From Bispira polyomma (lineage: Eukaryota): a DNA stretch of 64,000 nucleotides. Shown here piece by piece: positions 25,301 to 38,500 of the stretch (positions within the stretch are counted from its first letter, which is position 1; each line of letters starts with the position of its first letter). The position numbers were made by a program, and so were the translations under genes. Location of the stretch: contig OZ287756.1 in NCBI GenBank assembly GCA_965649765.1, positions 66,898,001-66,962,000 of the forward strand. The letters run 5' to 3'. Under the pieces are notes generated by a model. It was not told the origin of the DNA, did no database searches, and saw nothing but the letters and a program-made list of their open reading frames with translations.

Positions 25301-28300
25301 GTCAGTTGATGAAAATAGAACAGGAGCCCTATCTGGGCCTATAAAAGTAAAATTAGTGTCAGATAACACCAGAAAACCCTTATTCTTGTCAGGTAGGTTA
25401 ATATCAGTGACATTCTTGTTTTTGAAATGGTGAAATGTGTGCATTTCTGATTGGTCGGTAGGTGGCGTCGAGACATTACCTTGTGTGCTATCCACACTTG
25501 TTACATTTATTTTAATTATTGACTGATCAATCATTTCTGAATGATTTTTATCATTAACATCCAACATTTGGTCAATTAAATCTGTCACATGATCAGTATA
25601 ATTACACCCATATTTGTTAAATGACAAGATGTCTTTTTTGCTGATCTACAAATACTTCCTTTGGTGTCATATCACCTATAGCATTTGCCTCAGCAGTAAT
25701 CTTAGCAGATTCGTGGTCACCATAAGTGTATGTCACATGAAGAAATGTTTTAATAGTTTGTACTATTGAAATAGGGCCATCTGGTAAAGAGTCACATTTG
25801 AAATAATCACATCTTTGACAAACAGCATTAAATTTTTGAATGAAGAAATCTGTTATTTCCCCATTAGTAGATCTAATATAAATAACAGGCAAAATTTCAG
25901 AAAAAGAATCTGGAAAACAATGTGACCAATTTATCACCTGAATTGTCAAACCACACTTATTAGTGACAAAACCTGAACCTGATCTGATGTCTGTTTTTGA
26001 CTTTGCTGGAAAGCCATTCATGATTACATTATAACTTTAAAGTACTATTTTGACACTTCATGCTGGTTTTTGTGTCCAGCTGATTTTGGGCAAACTTATG
26101 GTCCACCAACACATTGTTATCGCAATTAATTTCCCAGTCACATTCAAGTCTTTCGCCGTGGCTGTACTGCCATTAAATTTTATTTCCTTTATATTACTGT
26201 TCTTTCCATTGCTAATAATATCTGATAATAGTATACTATTAATGTCGTTATTACTGTCATTACTCAATACACTCAAATCCCTACAATGCCTTTCTAATGT
26301 TTGCTCATCCAGTTGTTGGTCACTGGCCTAGTTACTGGTTGTTTTGCCTTCATGTTGTTTCGAAGAGTTAGCCCTATAGCACTTGAATTCCGAGTGAAGC
26401 GATTCCTTGTGCAAAACAGTGGAGCAGTGCTGTGTCTATATTGATCGTGATCTGACTTGTTGGTGCATTTCCTGGCATTGAATAATTTGCAGATAGTTCT
26501 GGCCGATTGTGGTTTGTATGACCGGTGGGAGTTGTGCGAATGGCCCAGGTTGGCCATTGCCATCTGAGCGGCGTTCATTCGGTTGAGAGCCCATTGTGTT
26601 TTGTCGCCCCACTGCAACCTGCCTTTTTCGACATCATGCATATTATGCAACCATGATGTTCTTACTACGTCAGCAGCTTCCCTTAACAACAGAGTAACTT
26701 GTTGAACCATGTTACTTGATGTTTCCGAATCAGTGACCTGCATGGCTTTCGACAGCTGACCGCCTGCCCATTGCAGAAGTGACAATTCATCAAATGTGGG
26801 ACGCTTTCAAGCTGTCCCGCCTACCCAGCCTTCGTTGGCCCATCTGAGTTTGGGATGAGCAGTTGGTATGTTGTTACTATTGAATTGCCCCAATTTCTGT
26901 CTGACTGGCTTACCTTGTGTAAGAGTACGTTGGGCCTGGGTCTCGTACTCAGCCAGCCTTTGGTTGACGAGAGCCTGGACTTCAGGGATGGATTTTAGAA
27001 TGTCTACCTTGGGGAAAATAGCTTCCTTGGAATAATCAACGTGTTGGAACGAACGCGCCTGTGACTGTAGTATGGGTGCTGGAGCACCAGCCAGAGGTAT
27101 ATATGGGGCCATTGTAGCTGATCTTGGCTAGGTGACACAACGGGAGTCGATTGGGACGTCTCACATGCTTCCATTCTGTCTGGCCGTCGGGTGATGACCT
27201 TGTTACACTTCTCTAATCTCTCAAACATTGCCATCATGGCTGGTATTACACTAGTTTCGGCTTGCATTGAGGAAGAGGCTGCTCTGTGAGTCATGGGGGG
27301 GGGGGGGGGGTGTGTATGACTAGCAGTAGTAAAAGGCAACTGTTGGCCAAGTTGGGGAGATGCATACTGAGTAGCATTCTCTGGGTAGAATGGAAAGCAA
27401 AGATTATTTAATACACTGTCATTTACCTGTCCTTGAGTGATTTTTTTCTTTGCAGATTTTACCCGAACACTACTTTCCTTGGATGTCCTTGTTTTAACAC
27501 AAGCTTCATCTGAAGGCATCTTCTTGGGTTTCCCCATTCTTTAAATAATACTCAAATTAAAACACTAAAACGTTACACCACTAAAATCCTGATACTAAAA
27601 AACAGCAACAATTGTAATCAGTCCATAAAATAACAGAAACTAACTTGGATTTCTTATTTCCAAGTTTTACTGTGTGTGTGCTTCAATGTCGAAAAGCTTA
27701 ATGGCGAATTTATTTAGGGAAATTGCATTGTCGAATTAAACAAAGAACTGGTTGGATGTATGGCTGGATAGACATAGCGAAATAAGTCAGCTCAGTCCCC
27801 AGGGGTTAAGGTAGTTTTAAAGATTTAAAGCGCTGGGGCAACTGAAGTACCAGACCCCTCTATGATCATGATATCTACACATAACTGGCCTCAGCTGATA
27901 TATTAACACTTGTGGTAAGTTTTGGTGGTTTACAAAGTTTGATTTGCGGCACTGTATTTGCAAATACCAAAAACTAGTAAGTGCAATAACCCCTTCATCC
28001 TATATTGCTTTTAGTAAGAGGAAATGAAGTAATGGGTTCTATTTTGAAAAACTCATCATGATACCCTTGTTATCTAAGAGATAGATAAGGTGTATTAGAA
28101 AGGTATTAGAAAGGTAACCCAATCAGATTATCACTAATCGCTCAGGCTATTTCTCTATGTTATTGTACTTTAGTATATATAGGGTATCTCCCAAAATAAA
28201 TATAAAAATTACAACTGTGAATTGTTAGTGGAGTTTATATGTGAAGCGTGTGTAGCAAATGTGCTTTGAAGAGTAACAATGAACTCCCAATTTAATACTA

Positions 28301-31104
28301 TTAATTCATAACCGCCAAATTCTAAACTAATAAATTTATATAACTATCAACTTATACAGTTAGAAGTTGTTTATTAGCAATAATTGTAAATCAGTACAAG
28401 TTTATTTTGGGCTAAAATTTCCACTTTTACAGTAAAAGCAGTGAGCTACTATTTTGACAGACATCTAGATTTATATGTATATCTCAATATCTAGTTTATT
28501 CTTAAAAAAAAAAATATTCTTTAAAAATGGATACAAGGAATGATTTGTTCTAATTATTTTGTGGGAATAGTATACTTTAAATCACACTTCAATGGCTGGG
28601 AAACCTGTGTGCCAAGTAGAAATGTCATAAAACATTTTAATATTCATAATACAACGTTTTATCGGACACTTCTTGATGCACATTGGGTACTTTATAAATG
28701 TATGTACCTTGTAAAAAAAAAAAAAAAAAAAATGATTACCTTGTAAAAGTTTCTTTTTACTTTTTATAAAAATAAAAGTGGATTTAGTTCAAAATTAATT
28801 ATATACACTACATTCAAGATTAATTGAAAACTGTTATTTCAATGTTGTTAATATAAATCGTTCTGTATACATTAATTAGGAGACAATTAACATTTTTTTG
28901 TTGCTTGTTGATATTCGAGAGTCATGTAAAAAACAATTGATCTTTTAAGAAACAAGAAATTCAAATAGTTACAGTTTTTAAACCACCAGGCTCCCACAAC
29001 CCAAGCGATCATTAAAATAAAGTCATTTAAAGACACACCTTTTAAATATATGTACCCACGTAATAGAGCACGGCCTATCACTCTACTGTGTCAATGGCTT
29101 TATAGGAGAAAATAAGACGTTTGGAGAAAGAAAAGCGGAGGGGGGGGGGGGGGGGGGGGGAAGGGTAATGTTCTCAGTATTGGTGCCCAACTTCTTGAAT
29201 GTGTGTGTAGGTATATTTACATACTTTTTCTTCAGGTAAAAAATGTAAGCGACTGTTCTTCAGTGTGTATTCAATTGATGTGCGCACACACACACAGAGA
29301 CAGAGGTTTGAATGAAGGATCTCGAGATTTAACTACATTTAAGATCATATCTCAATTGGAGACTCACAAGTTGACAGATATATATATATATATAAACTAC
29401 TGTGTGTAAAAAGAGATTTGTGTGTGCATAGGGAAGGGGTGGAATGTATTAGATAAGGTATTGCTTTTGATGTAAAATCCCATTAATTGAAATCACTTTG
29501 GAGATGTTTCAATCTGTTTGTGTCACAGAGACAGTGGTACAGTTAGATTTTAACGTGACACATATTGGTATCGTTGAATCATCTTAGTTATTCTGTGGAA
29601 CTGACACAGGATATATTAGTGTATGACTTAAAGAGAGTGATTAAACTAGATGTGTTTATAAAGCAAGAAGAGGGAACATTGACATATACATAGTTTGGTT
29701 TTAACATCGATAAGGCTATTTCAAGTTAGGAATCTTGGTATTTGAAGTCTATTTCTCCAAGGTAAAAGGTAAAGTACGAAGATTATCTATTTAGATGTGG
29801 GTTCCTTGATTCTTGTTGTAGTACCAAACTTTGTTGTGTATCAAATTATTTATCCAAATTGTAGTGATGAAATAGTGATGTATTTTTAACATAACAACAG
29901 TAATAAGTTTACCAGAAGCTTGTTTTAGACCAAGTTATACATAATTATATATATCAATAATGGCATCATATCTATTATATTGGACTTGGTAACAGGTTTT
30001 TACCCTAAAATTTAAGTTTGTTTTGGAAAGAAAAGTCAGTGGTAAAAACTTTGTCCATAGGCTGACCTCATTGATCTCATTATGTCACCAGCTATGTATG
30101 TAACGGTACATACTTGCATAATTAATATGGTTGTGTAATTTAATGACAGTAATAATGAGTACAAACCTAGTGCTTCATCAATCATGTTAAATGTTTAATG
30201 TAACTAAATACATCCTAAATATCACAATGGAATTAGAGGCCTTGGTGATATAGAGGCAACATTCCGACCTCTCCATAGTTGGTTCAAATCTCTGCCCTAG
30301 CTATGCTTGTGACCAAAGTAGGCATCTCTGCCCTAGCCACTGATTTCAATATGTCGTCATGTAATACCAATGCACTGAAGCAACCTTAAACCCCTAATAT
30401 ATAAACAAATATGATATCAGAATTTTAAACATTACAAATGATGAATATATGATACAACAAAAACACCTCATTACCGGTATTCAAAGGCTCAATTATGTTT
30501 ACACAAATGAGTTGATTTCTAAAACTGATAAAAAATATGTATTTAATTTAACTCTTGACAAACTAAGGAAATACTACTTTCATTATTTTTATTTTTTTCT
30601 TAAGCTATAACTGTAAACAAGTAGTATACCCTGAATAAAAAACTGTCCATATTGTCTGCATTGTGGGGTAAATACTATGTTATATGCATGACAAACTAGT
30701 ATAACATTTTTTTAAGCAAACTTTTTGATGTACAGAGACCCCGTCTGTCGTTTCAAAGTCCTGTTTTGCCAAATAAATTCACAGAACTAATAAGTTTTGT
30801 GTGAATAGAATAGAATAGGCAAACTAATTGATGCTGTGAATGTCAACAATGTCTGTATCTGATTTTAAATGATATGTATTTGTTTAAATTAATTTCTTTC
30901 TTTTAGTCATTATTTATAGGGTTAAACATAGTGAATCAGTGGACATTTTCACTGAAATTAATTTTACCCGTTTTATTGGTAATGACCTTTGATAGTGAAA
31001 ATGAATTACCGGTAAAAGTATACAGTATGTTTTTTCTTAACATTGATTAGTTCCACACTGAAAATGTGCACATACATATATTAACACTTGTTCATATTTG
31101 GTTT

Positions 31105-31336
31105 GATTTAATTTGGGTTTAACATAACTTTAAATAAATTGTATAGTTAAAATCATGACGGGCAGTTTTAATGCTGGAGGAAGCCATTGTATACCAATTA
31201 GTCAAGATTGTACACTGTAAACAGACGACCATCAGCAAGTAACTGCCAAGTTTCCCACTTAAAGCCCTGGCCGAGATTCAAACCGGCACCTTAGGTGTTG
31301 GAGGCGAGTGTGTTAGCACTCCACCACCGAGTCCCC
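31105..31336 (-). mobile_element. tRNA-derived SINE, family 2
   Basis: Reverse complement begins ggggactcggtggtggagtgctaac..ggtttgaatc (A/B boxes). Related pieces at ~34520-34715 (-), ~53795-53943 (+) and ~61855-61985 (+). Confidence 0.65.
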
Positions 31337-32065
31337 TTATACTTTTCTATACATCTTTCAACAAATCATATTTTCTTCTCTCCAGAATGTAGAGGAAAAA
31401 TTAAAAAACAAACTCCTAGATCCCGCCTTGTATCCAGATCTGCTCCTAAAAATCTGGTATTATTGTCACAACCCAAATATCTATTACCAAATTTTGTGTA
31501 AATCTGTTCAGTAGTTTTTGTCACGGCTCCTGTTGAATGAACCTGGCTCCCACAGACAGTCAGATCACAGAATACAATCACTGGTTTCAGAAACCAACTC
31601 AAGACCTTTAACAGATCAGCATTTAGTTTGTGGTTGTATTGTTTAATCCAATAGCCATTCACAATCTTACAACTTATGGCCAACCTATACGTATGCATTT
31701 TGCATAAATATCATTCATTGACAATATTTCTGTATTTTTGCTCATGTATAGAAAAGAGTAATGTGCCCTGATAGACTTGTTCAGTTTTGTTGATGGAAAC
31801 GTCTCTGTTCATACCATGAAATCAAAACATCGTCGAGGACAGAAAACTAGGTCTATCCCAGGGACATACATGGATACACACACATGCCAAAACTAGATTA
31901 TAATTACAGATAACTACCATTTCTTTGTTCTTGTACAACACCAACACTGATCACTTTTGAGAGACACATCACCACTTTAAATGTAAATGTGGTGCATTTT
32001 TGGAGCTTTCACTTCTTAGCTCAAAGCGCTTTACAAAGTTTACACCCCCAGCCTGGGTTCTCTCA

Positions 32066-32440
32066 CATCTAATCTAATCTAATCTAACTTTTCTAGCACT
32101 TAATCTCTCCCTCTTAGGGAATTCTAAGGCACAGGACGGTATCCTTATTCGATTTGCATTTCCGTTAGACAAACATGGGTTAGCACCATGGACAGTTCCA
32201 CATGTCCACCAATTGTTCACTCTCAACTCCCTAAGGGGGCATACCAACCATGCTGTCGCATACAATACAGTTACAATACACCCATTAGGAGCCAGGTACC
32301 CATTTATACACCTGGGTGGAGAGGGACAACTTTGTGTTTGAAGTACCTTTCTCCAAGGGTACAATCTCCAGGCTAGTAGCGAGGATGGAACTGGGGCTTT
32401 GAGATCGCTCAGATCCAAAGTCTAACACTCTAACCAGTAG
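32066..32440 (-). mobile_element. CORE-type (MIR-like) tRNA SINE with (TAGAT)n tail
   Basis: Reverse complement contains ccttggagaaaggtacttc..ctctccacccaggtgtataaatgggtacc (CORE-like). Second copy at 36825-37041. Confidence 0.75.
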
Positions 32441-32534
32441 TAACATACCTATATATATTTCGTTTTATCCAGACAAGATTCAGTTAGACGTCCCCTAACA
32501 CACACACACAGACCGACCAGACTTTGCAGAGATC

Positions 32535-35500
32535 ATGGATGAAGAAGAGGTCCCCAACTTCCACTGGGCTGACTACCTGGTGTTCTTCCTCTCGCTGGGC
32601 GTATCCCTGGCGGTGGGGCTGTTCTTCTGTATATCTGGTATGAGGAACAAGGCCACCAATGATGACTACCTGATGGGAGGGAGGAACATGAACCCCATAT
32701 CAGTGGGACTCAGCATGACCGCCTCTCTACTAAATGCAGTCTTTCTGATTGGTAAGGATTTACTTTAAATATGTTGTGATAGACTAAGAAATCAATGGGG
32801 TGTCCAATTAGGCGATGACAGGGTCAGCAATACATGATATGATATGTTAGATTTTTAATATGCCTGATTGATGCCAGGCATCTTCTAAAGCGCAACATCA
32901 TTGACAAAGTTGTAAAAGTCGTAACCTGGTTCCAAAGCAAATTCGTGATCTGGGTGACGTGGAGCAGAAAGATGTCTGTGGAGGGTAAGCGAGAGTGAAG
33001 AGATGGTTCTTAATGTTACTTCTAAAGCCAGAGTGGGTTTCCTGGGATTGTATATTGGTTGATAAATTATTCCATAGGGTATGTTTCCCCTGATACACTT
33101 GCTGAAACACAAAAATCTATCAAAGTTAATAGATTCTCATGTGATTCTCCTAACCTGTGGAATGATCTGCCTCAAAATACTCCTGTTTTAAAGTTTCTCC
33201 ACAGGTTGCTTATCCACTGTACGGCAATACTCAAAACTGCTGCTTTTATCTATAAATACCTTAGTCTATTTCTCCCTCGATAATGCAGTCCTTACTTGTT
33301 TCCCTATACATGTCAACTCAATACAAAGTGTGGTATGCCTAATAAGGGTTTCTTAAGGTCCCTACCTTCGTACCATCAGTTCATAAGTAAAAAAGGCATT
33401 TCTAAAATAGTTGCTCATATGATGCTCCTATCTGCCTCCTGATATTCACTCTGCAAAGACGCTCAATCAAGACCTACTGTAGTTGGTACTGTATAAGGCT
33501 TTTCCACCTTGGCATCCCTTACCATTAATAGCGTCTCTACGGTGATGACTCATGTACGTCCAATGGCTGTATGAAATGATGAAAAAGATTATTCTCTTAT
33601 CTCATACGCATTATAATCCCTTGGCACAAAGATTAATTGCTATACAAGTTACATTCGAGTGATGTTATGATTACCTGGTCTGTGGTGAAGGAAATCCGAT
33701 TAAGTGATGTTATGATTACCTGGTCTGTGGTGAAGGAAATCCGAGGAGGGTAGTTGATCATCTCTCTACACAATCCCATCTTTCTGATCGGTAAGGAATA
33801 TGATGAACAGAAGCAGGTTTTGTGATTGTTGTTGTTTAGGACACGTCTGAGGTTTATGGGTGGCTTATAGCAACTCCTTCATGAGGCATCTATTTTCACC
33901 CATGACTGTTTGATAGTTAAATAAATCATTTTTAAAGTTTTGTCTATTTTCATCCATGACTGTTTCATAGTTAATTAAATCATTTTTAAAGTTTTGTCAT
34001 TTCATCTCACCGACATATATTTCAATACATAAAAATGTGAATATATGTGAAATAAATTCTAAGCTTGTGTAGTTTAATCTATTCCTTAATAATCTATATT
34101 CTTAAGAATTTAAAAATGACTACGGATGGTATTATGAACATTTGTGTATAATGTTCAAAATAACAGTTTAATCTGACAATCAACTTGTTGAAAGCTAATA
34201 GTTTATATTTAGGAAATCTTGAATAATTGCTATGAATCGTCAAATACTTCTACATGACTCAAGATTAATATAATTCTAACTATGTAACCTTAGTGAACAC
34301 CATCTTTATATACACATACTGTTGACATACAGGTGTTCCGGCTGAAGTCTACTACAATGGCACCATGTACTCCTTGATTGGTGTATCCTGGATAATCGTC
34401 GGTGTTATCGGCGCTCTTGTCTTTGTGCCCATCTTTAGACACATGAAGATGACCAGCGCATATGAGGTGAGTTTTATTTACACTTTTTATAACAATAATG
34501 AGTCACCCTTGAATTTAAAATTTAGTTGGGTTTCTACAGTTTAGGTCATATCACGTTGGCCAGATGTAAGAGTGGAAGTAGCCAGTGCTAAACCCACAGT
34601 AAACCATTGACCTATGACAAGTACACGACAAACAGGATTCGAACCCACATTAGTGAGATGCCAGTGAGTGTGAAACAGGCACGTTTAAGCACTAGGTCAC
34701 TGCAGCGCCTAAGGCACCCTGGAAGATTGCGGGTAAAAAATCCCTTATCAGGACTGTAGACATTATGATATAAGAATACCAGGCGAACTGCTCCCCCCAA
34801 GTAGATTCCTCACTGTTCTGACATATGTACATAGGTCAAAGGTTCATTTTCACAAAAACAGGTTCGCAAATGATGCTCCTACTCTAAGGAATAGTTTACC
34901 TCAACACATAAGAACAGCTCCTTCCCTGCATTCCTCCTGGAGTAGTTTAAAGACCTATCTGTTCAATGATGCATTCCCTCCATGGCCTGATTCCTGTTCC
35001 TGGTGGGAGTATTTGTGACAACTTCCTTCTGTCAATCACAATATGGTCGTGGTTTTTTGTGTCTTAGAATTTCTTTTGTATCGACTCACTTTTCCATCCG
35101 TAACATTCGTCTGCTGGTTTTGACTGAACTCTGATCATGAACCTTACCTTTATTTTGATTCTGGTTTTGCATATTGACTCGGATATACACTACAAATGAT
35201 GCCTTGCCTTCGATTGTGCCTTAGAAGTAAAACATTAATATTCACAGTCCAGCAGATGTGGCTTGAAAATGAAATGACAACACCTTTACATCGTGTTACC
35301 CCACGTCTCCATAGCTACCTTAGTGGTGACGAATTATTTCCATTTAAAGAGTAGCCTGTACTTTTCAAAATATTACCATATTACAGGATGTTTCATGAAT
35401 TTGTCACTTTTACAAATTTTTTACAAATTTTACAATTTGTCATTTCACAAAATTACATTCAATTACTGATTACAAATCGGTGTACCAAATAAAACACTAT

Positions 35501-38500
35501 AAATTTGACGATCCTGGTTTTGTTTTAGTATTTAGGTGCCAGATTTGACAGTGTTGCTGTCAGATTAGTGGGCTCGATTGTCTTCTGTGCATCAATGGTA
35601 AGTGACTTAGTACTATTAAGTTTGATATCCAGAATGTCTAAGCTACTAAAATATGCTAAGGTTAAGTTTTACTAAGGCCACATTGGAATATTATAAAAAT
35701 CCGCTAACAATTAAGGTGACAATTTAATAGATTTAATGTTAACTTGTTAACTAGTAATGTCACCTTAACATACTGTTGTGGTTCATTATATAGATTGTTT
35801 AAAATATATTTAGTTATTATGACCACCATGACAATTTAAGGTAGGGATAAAATACTGTTATTTTATATCATTTAATCATGCAATATATATGACTAAACTG
35901 AGAACTAGTATTCACTTGTTTAAACTTTTATTAAATTATATCATTTAATCATGCAATATATATGACTAAACTGAGTAACTAGTATTCACTTGTTCAGGCT
36001 TTTATTAGATTATATCATTTATTGGTCTTCGGATCGTTTTAATAATTAAGAAAATGTCTGTTGGGTGTCTGTCTATGTCTATGGTGTATGTAAACATGTA
36101 AGCAACCATATATTAACAATATTTGTCCTAATTTACAGATACTTTTTCTAGCTGTAGTACTGTATGCTCCTTCTCTGGCTTTTCAGCAAGGTAAACTATT
36201 TTGTTATATTTATAATAACAACATTTCTCCTACATGTCATCAAATATTAATACAACAAAGAAAAAATTAAGGTAATGTTTGCAACTTTTGATTAAGTTTA
36301 TTGTTGATAAATCTATAATTGTGTAAACAAAGTTATGGCATGCAAATTACAATGTAATGTTTGTATCATTTGATAAAAATTACTGATTACAAAAAAATAT
36401 CATATATACCCAAGAAAGGATTATGTGGAGATATAAGTTTAACTTAACACCATAAATTAGTGATACTACTTAGCTAACTGTATAATAAGAAATAGGAGCA
36501 TTGTTAAAATAAATATAATAGTAAGTTGTTAAAACAGATTAACCGATGGAGTCATGATGTTAAGTTATTTATTTGTTTGATGTGGTTGTCTTTAAATTGT
36601 TGTGTAACTATTCACTAAATACATGAAACAAAATATAATGTATACATTTCCTTTGATATTTGGCTTATGTTTGGGTCTGAAATTTATAATATACTGTTGC
36701 ATCAACATAATAATGTAACATATAAACAATAATAATTATTCAGTTTTTTGTGATAATAATTATTCATTTGATATAGCCCTTTATGAACATCACTGTTATG
36801 TAATGTGCCTTGACATTATTACCCCAGTCAGGAACCAAACTAGCCTTGCTGTCGCATACCGTACACAAAGACTAACAAACAGTATCTGCCAACTACCCCA
36901 TTTATACACCTGGGTAGAGAGGGCCAACTTCGTTTAAAGCACCTCCTCCAAGGGTACAATCTCCAGGCCAGTAGCGAGGATAAAACAGGGGCTTTCACAT
37001 CACACAGATCCAAAGTCCAACACTCTAAACACTAGGCCACATATACCACAATACTCGAAAAAAAGACACTGGTTGGTATGGGGATAAAACTAGCACCTGT
37101 ACAGTCGTGGGTACGAAACTTGGTCCGAGCATATTATGTGGGGGAAGTTGGCAGTGGATTTACTGCAAGTACGGTGGTTAATTTAATACTAAGTTAAGAT
37201 AAAGACCTTTTGTGAATCCTAACTTAGTCTGAAGCTGAACATTTTGGTCTTTGATTTTTGCCATGAACATGTTCAGATTTTGGTCTTAGTATACCAGTGT
37301 AAGTAAGACAATATACTTGCTTAGTGTGTTAACTTTGCTCTTAGCACCTAGACTAGCAGTAGGCAGTTTGAAGATAATTTAGACATAAATGCTAAGCTTT
37401 TAAAACAAAGGCATGGATAAATCCATTCATTTTAACCCACAATCCTGTTTTATATTTTGTACATTTCTATTATTGTAGCCACTGGCTTGAGTATTCACTT
37501 GATCCAGTTAGTATGTGGGCTAGTCTGCACAATCTACGTCTTTTTGGTAAGTCTTAGCTAGCGAACCCAGGTGATGACAGGGAGAAATGGGGAGAAGAGT
37601 ATGTCTTGGCGGTCCTACACGTCCTTACTTTGTTTGCCAGTAAACTAGAATCAACAATGAAGTGTAACATTCATATTCACAAGCTAAGTTGGGAGTGGAT
37701 ATCCCCCCATTTTAAATAATGCTAGATCTGCCTATAGGTTAGCCTCTGCTTCTTAAATCCCCACAAACATAGTAGGGACAAACGTAGTGACTGGCAAACA
37801 TTTCACTAGGCAGGCCACTAATTGTTACCTTTAGAAAACACTGTATGCCGCCATGACTGATAACATATGTTGGGGCAACAGACGTTGGCCACTGTCTGTT
37901 CTGATCTGCTGATCAAATTTTGGACATTAAAGATCTGATCTGCTGATCAAATTTTGGACATTAAAGGATAACTTAAAATTAGATTACTTGTATGGTCTCC
38001 TTAACTTACCTGTTGTGGTCTTTTTTATAATTTTTTTTAAAATAAATTAAGTTAAGATGACCAGCATGACTGTTATTGTATATAATGTAATCATGCAGAG
38101 ATATGACTAAACTGAGTAACTAATATTCACTGGTTCTACCTTGCTCCACAACAGGGAGGGCTGAAAGCAGTGGTGTGGACTGACGCCATTCAGATGCTGG
38201 TTATCATAGTGGGGACTATAGTGATAGCTGCAGTGGGGATCTCTGAGGTGGGAGGGGCAGCCAGAGTGTGGGATCTGGTCAATAAAGACAACAGGATTGA
38301 GTTGAATGTGTAAGTAATGTGGACAAAATCATTGATTGTGATGCAGTACCTGGCATTGTAGTATTATATAATTACAAATACAATTGATTAATATGAAACC
38401 CCATATTTGACCGTTACATTGCTGATACTAAAACCAAGTGAAACATTTGACGACATAGAAATTGATAAAGTACATGTGATATTTCATTGAGGTGGTACAA

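Larger units (their letters stand above)
23250..27900 (-). mobile_element. Tyrosine-recombinase retrotransposon A (Ngaro/PAT-like, DIRS order), decayed with internal deletions
   Basis: Order on - strand: gag-like with ICKLFN...C....H finger (27537-26294), long pol N-extension, RT (FGWVHS, YIDDY, CLGIDID), RNase H (IDAC..GVGG, HIEMLN, CDN, N.IADALSR), YR (KWAK, FRRSGAT, HGLWRS..VWTY). No methyltransferase domain seen. Termini not resolved. Confidence 0.9.

Noticed and set aside
23255-27795. Split direct repeats of element A (ataagtcag near both ends)
   Set aside because: Only ~10 nt shared; not enough to define termini.
30238-30410. tRNA gene
   Set aside because: Has A/B-box-like pieces but no cloverleaf; it is a decayed SINE head.
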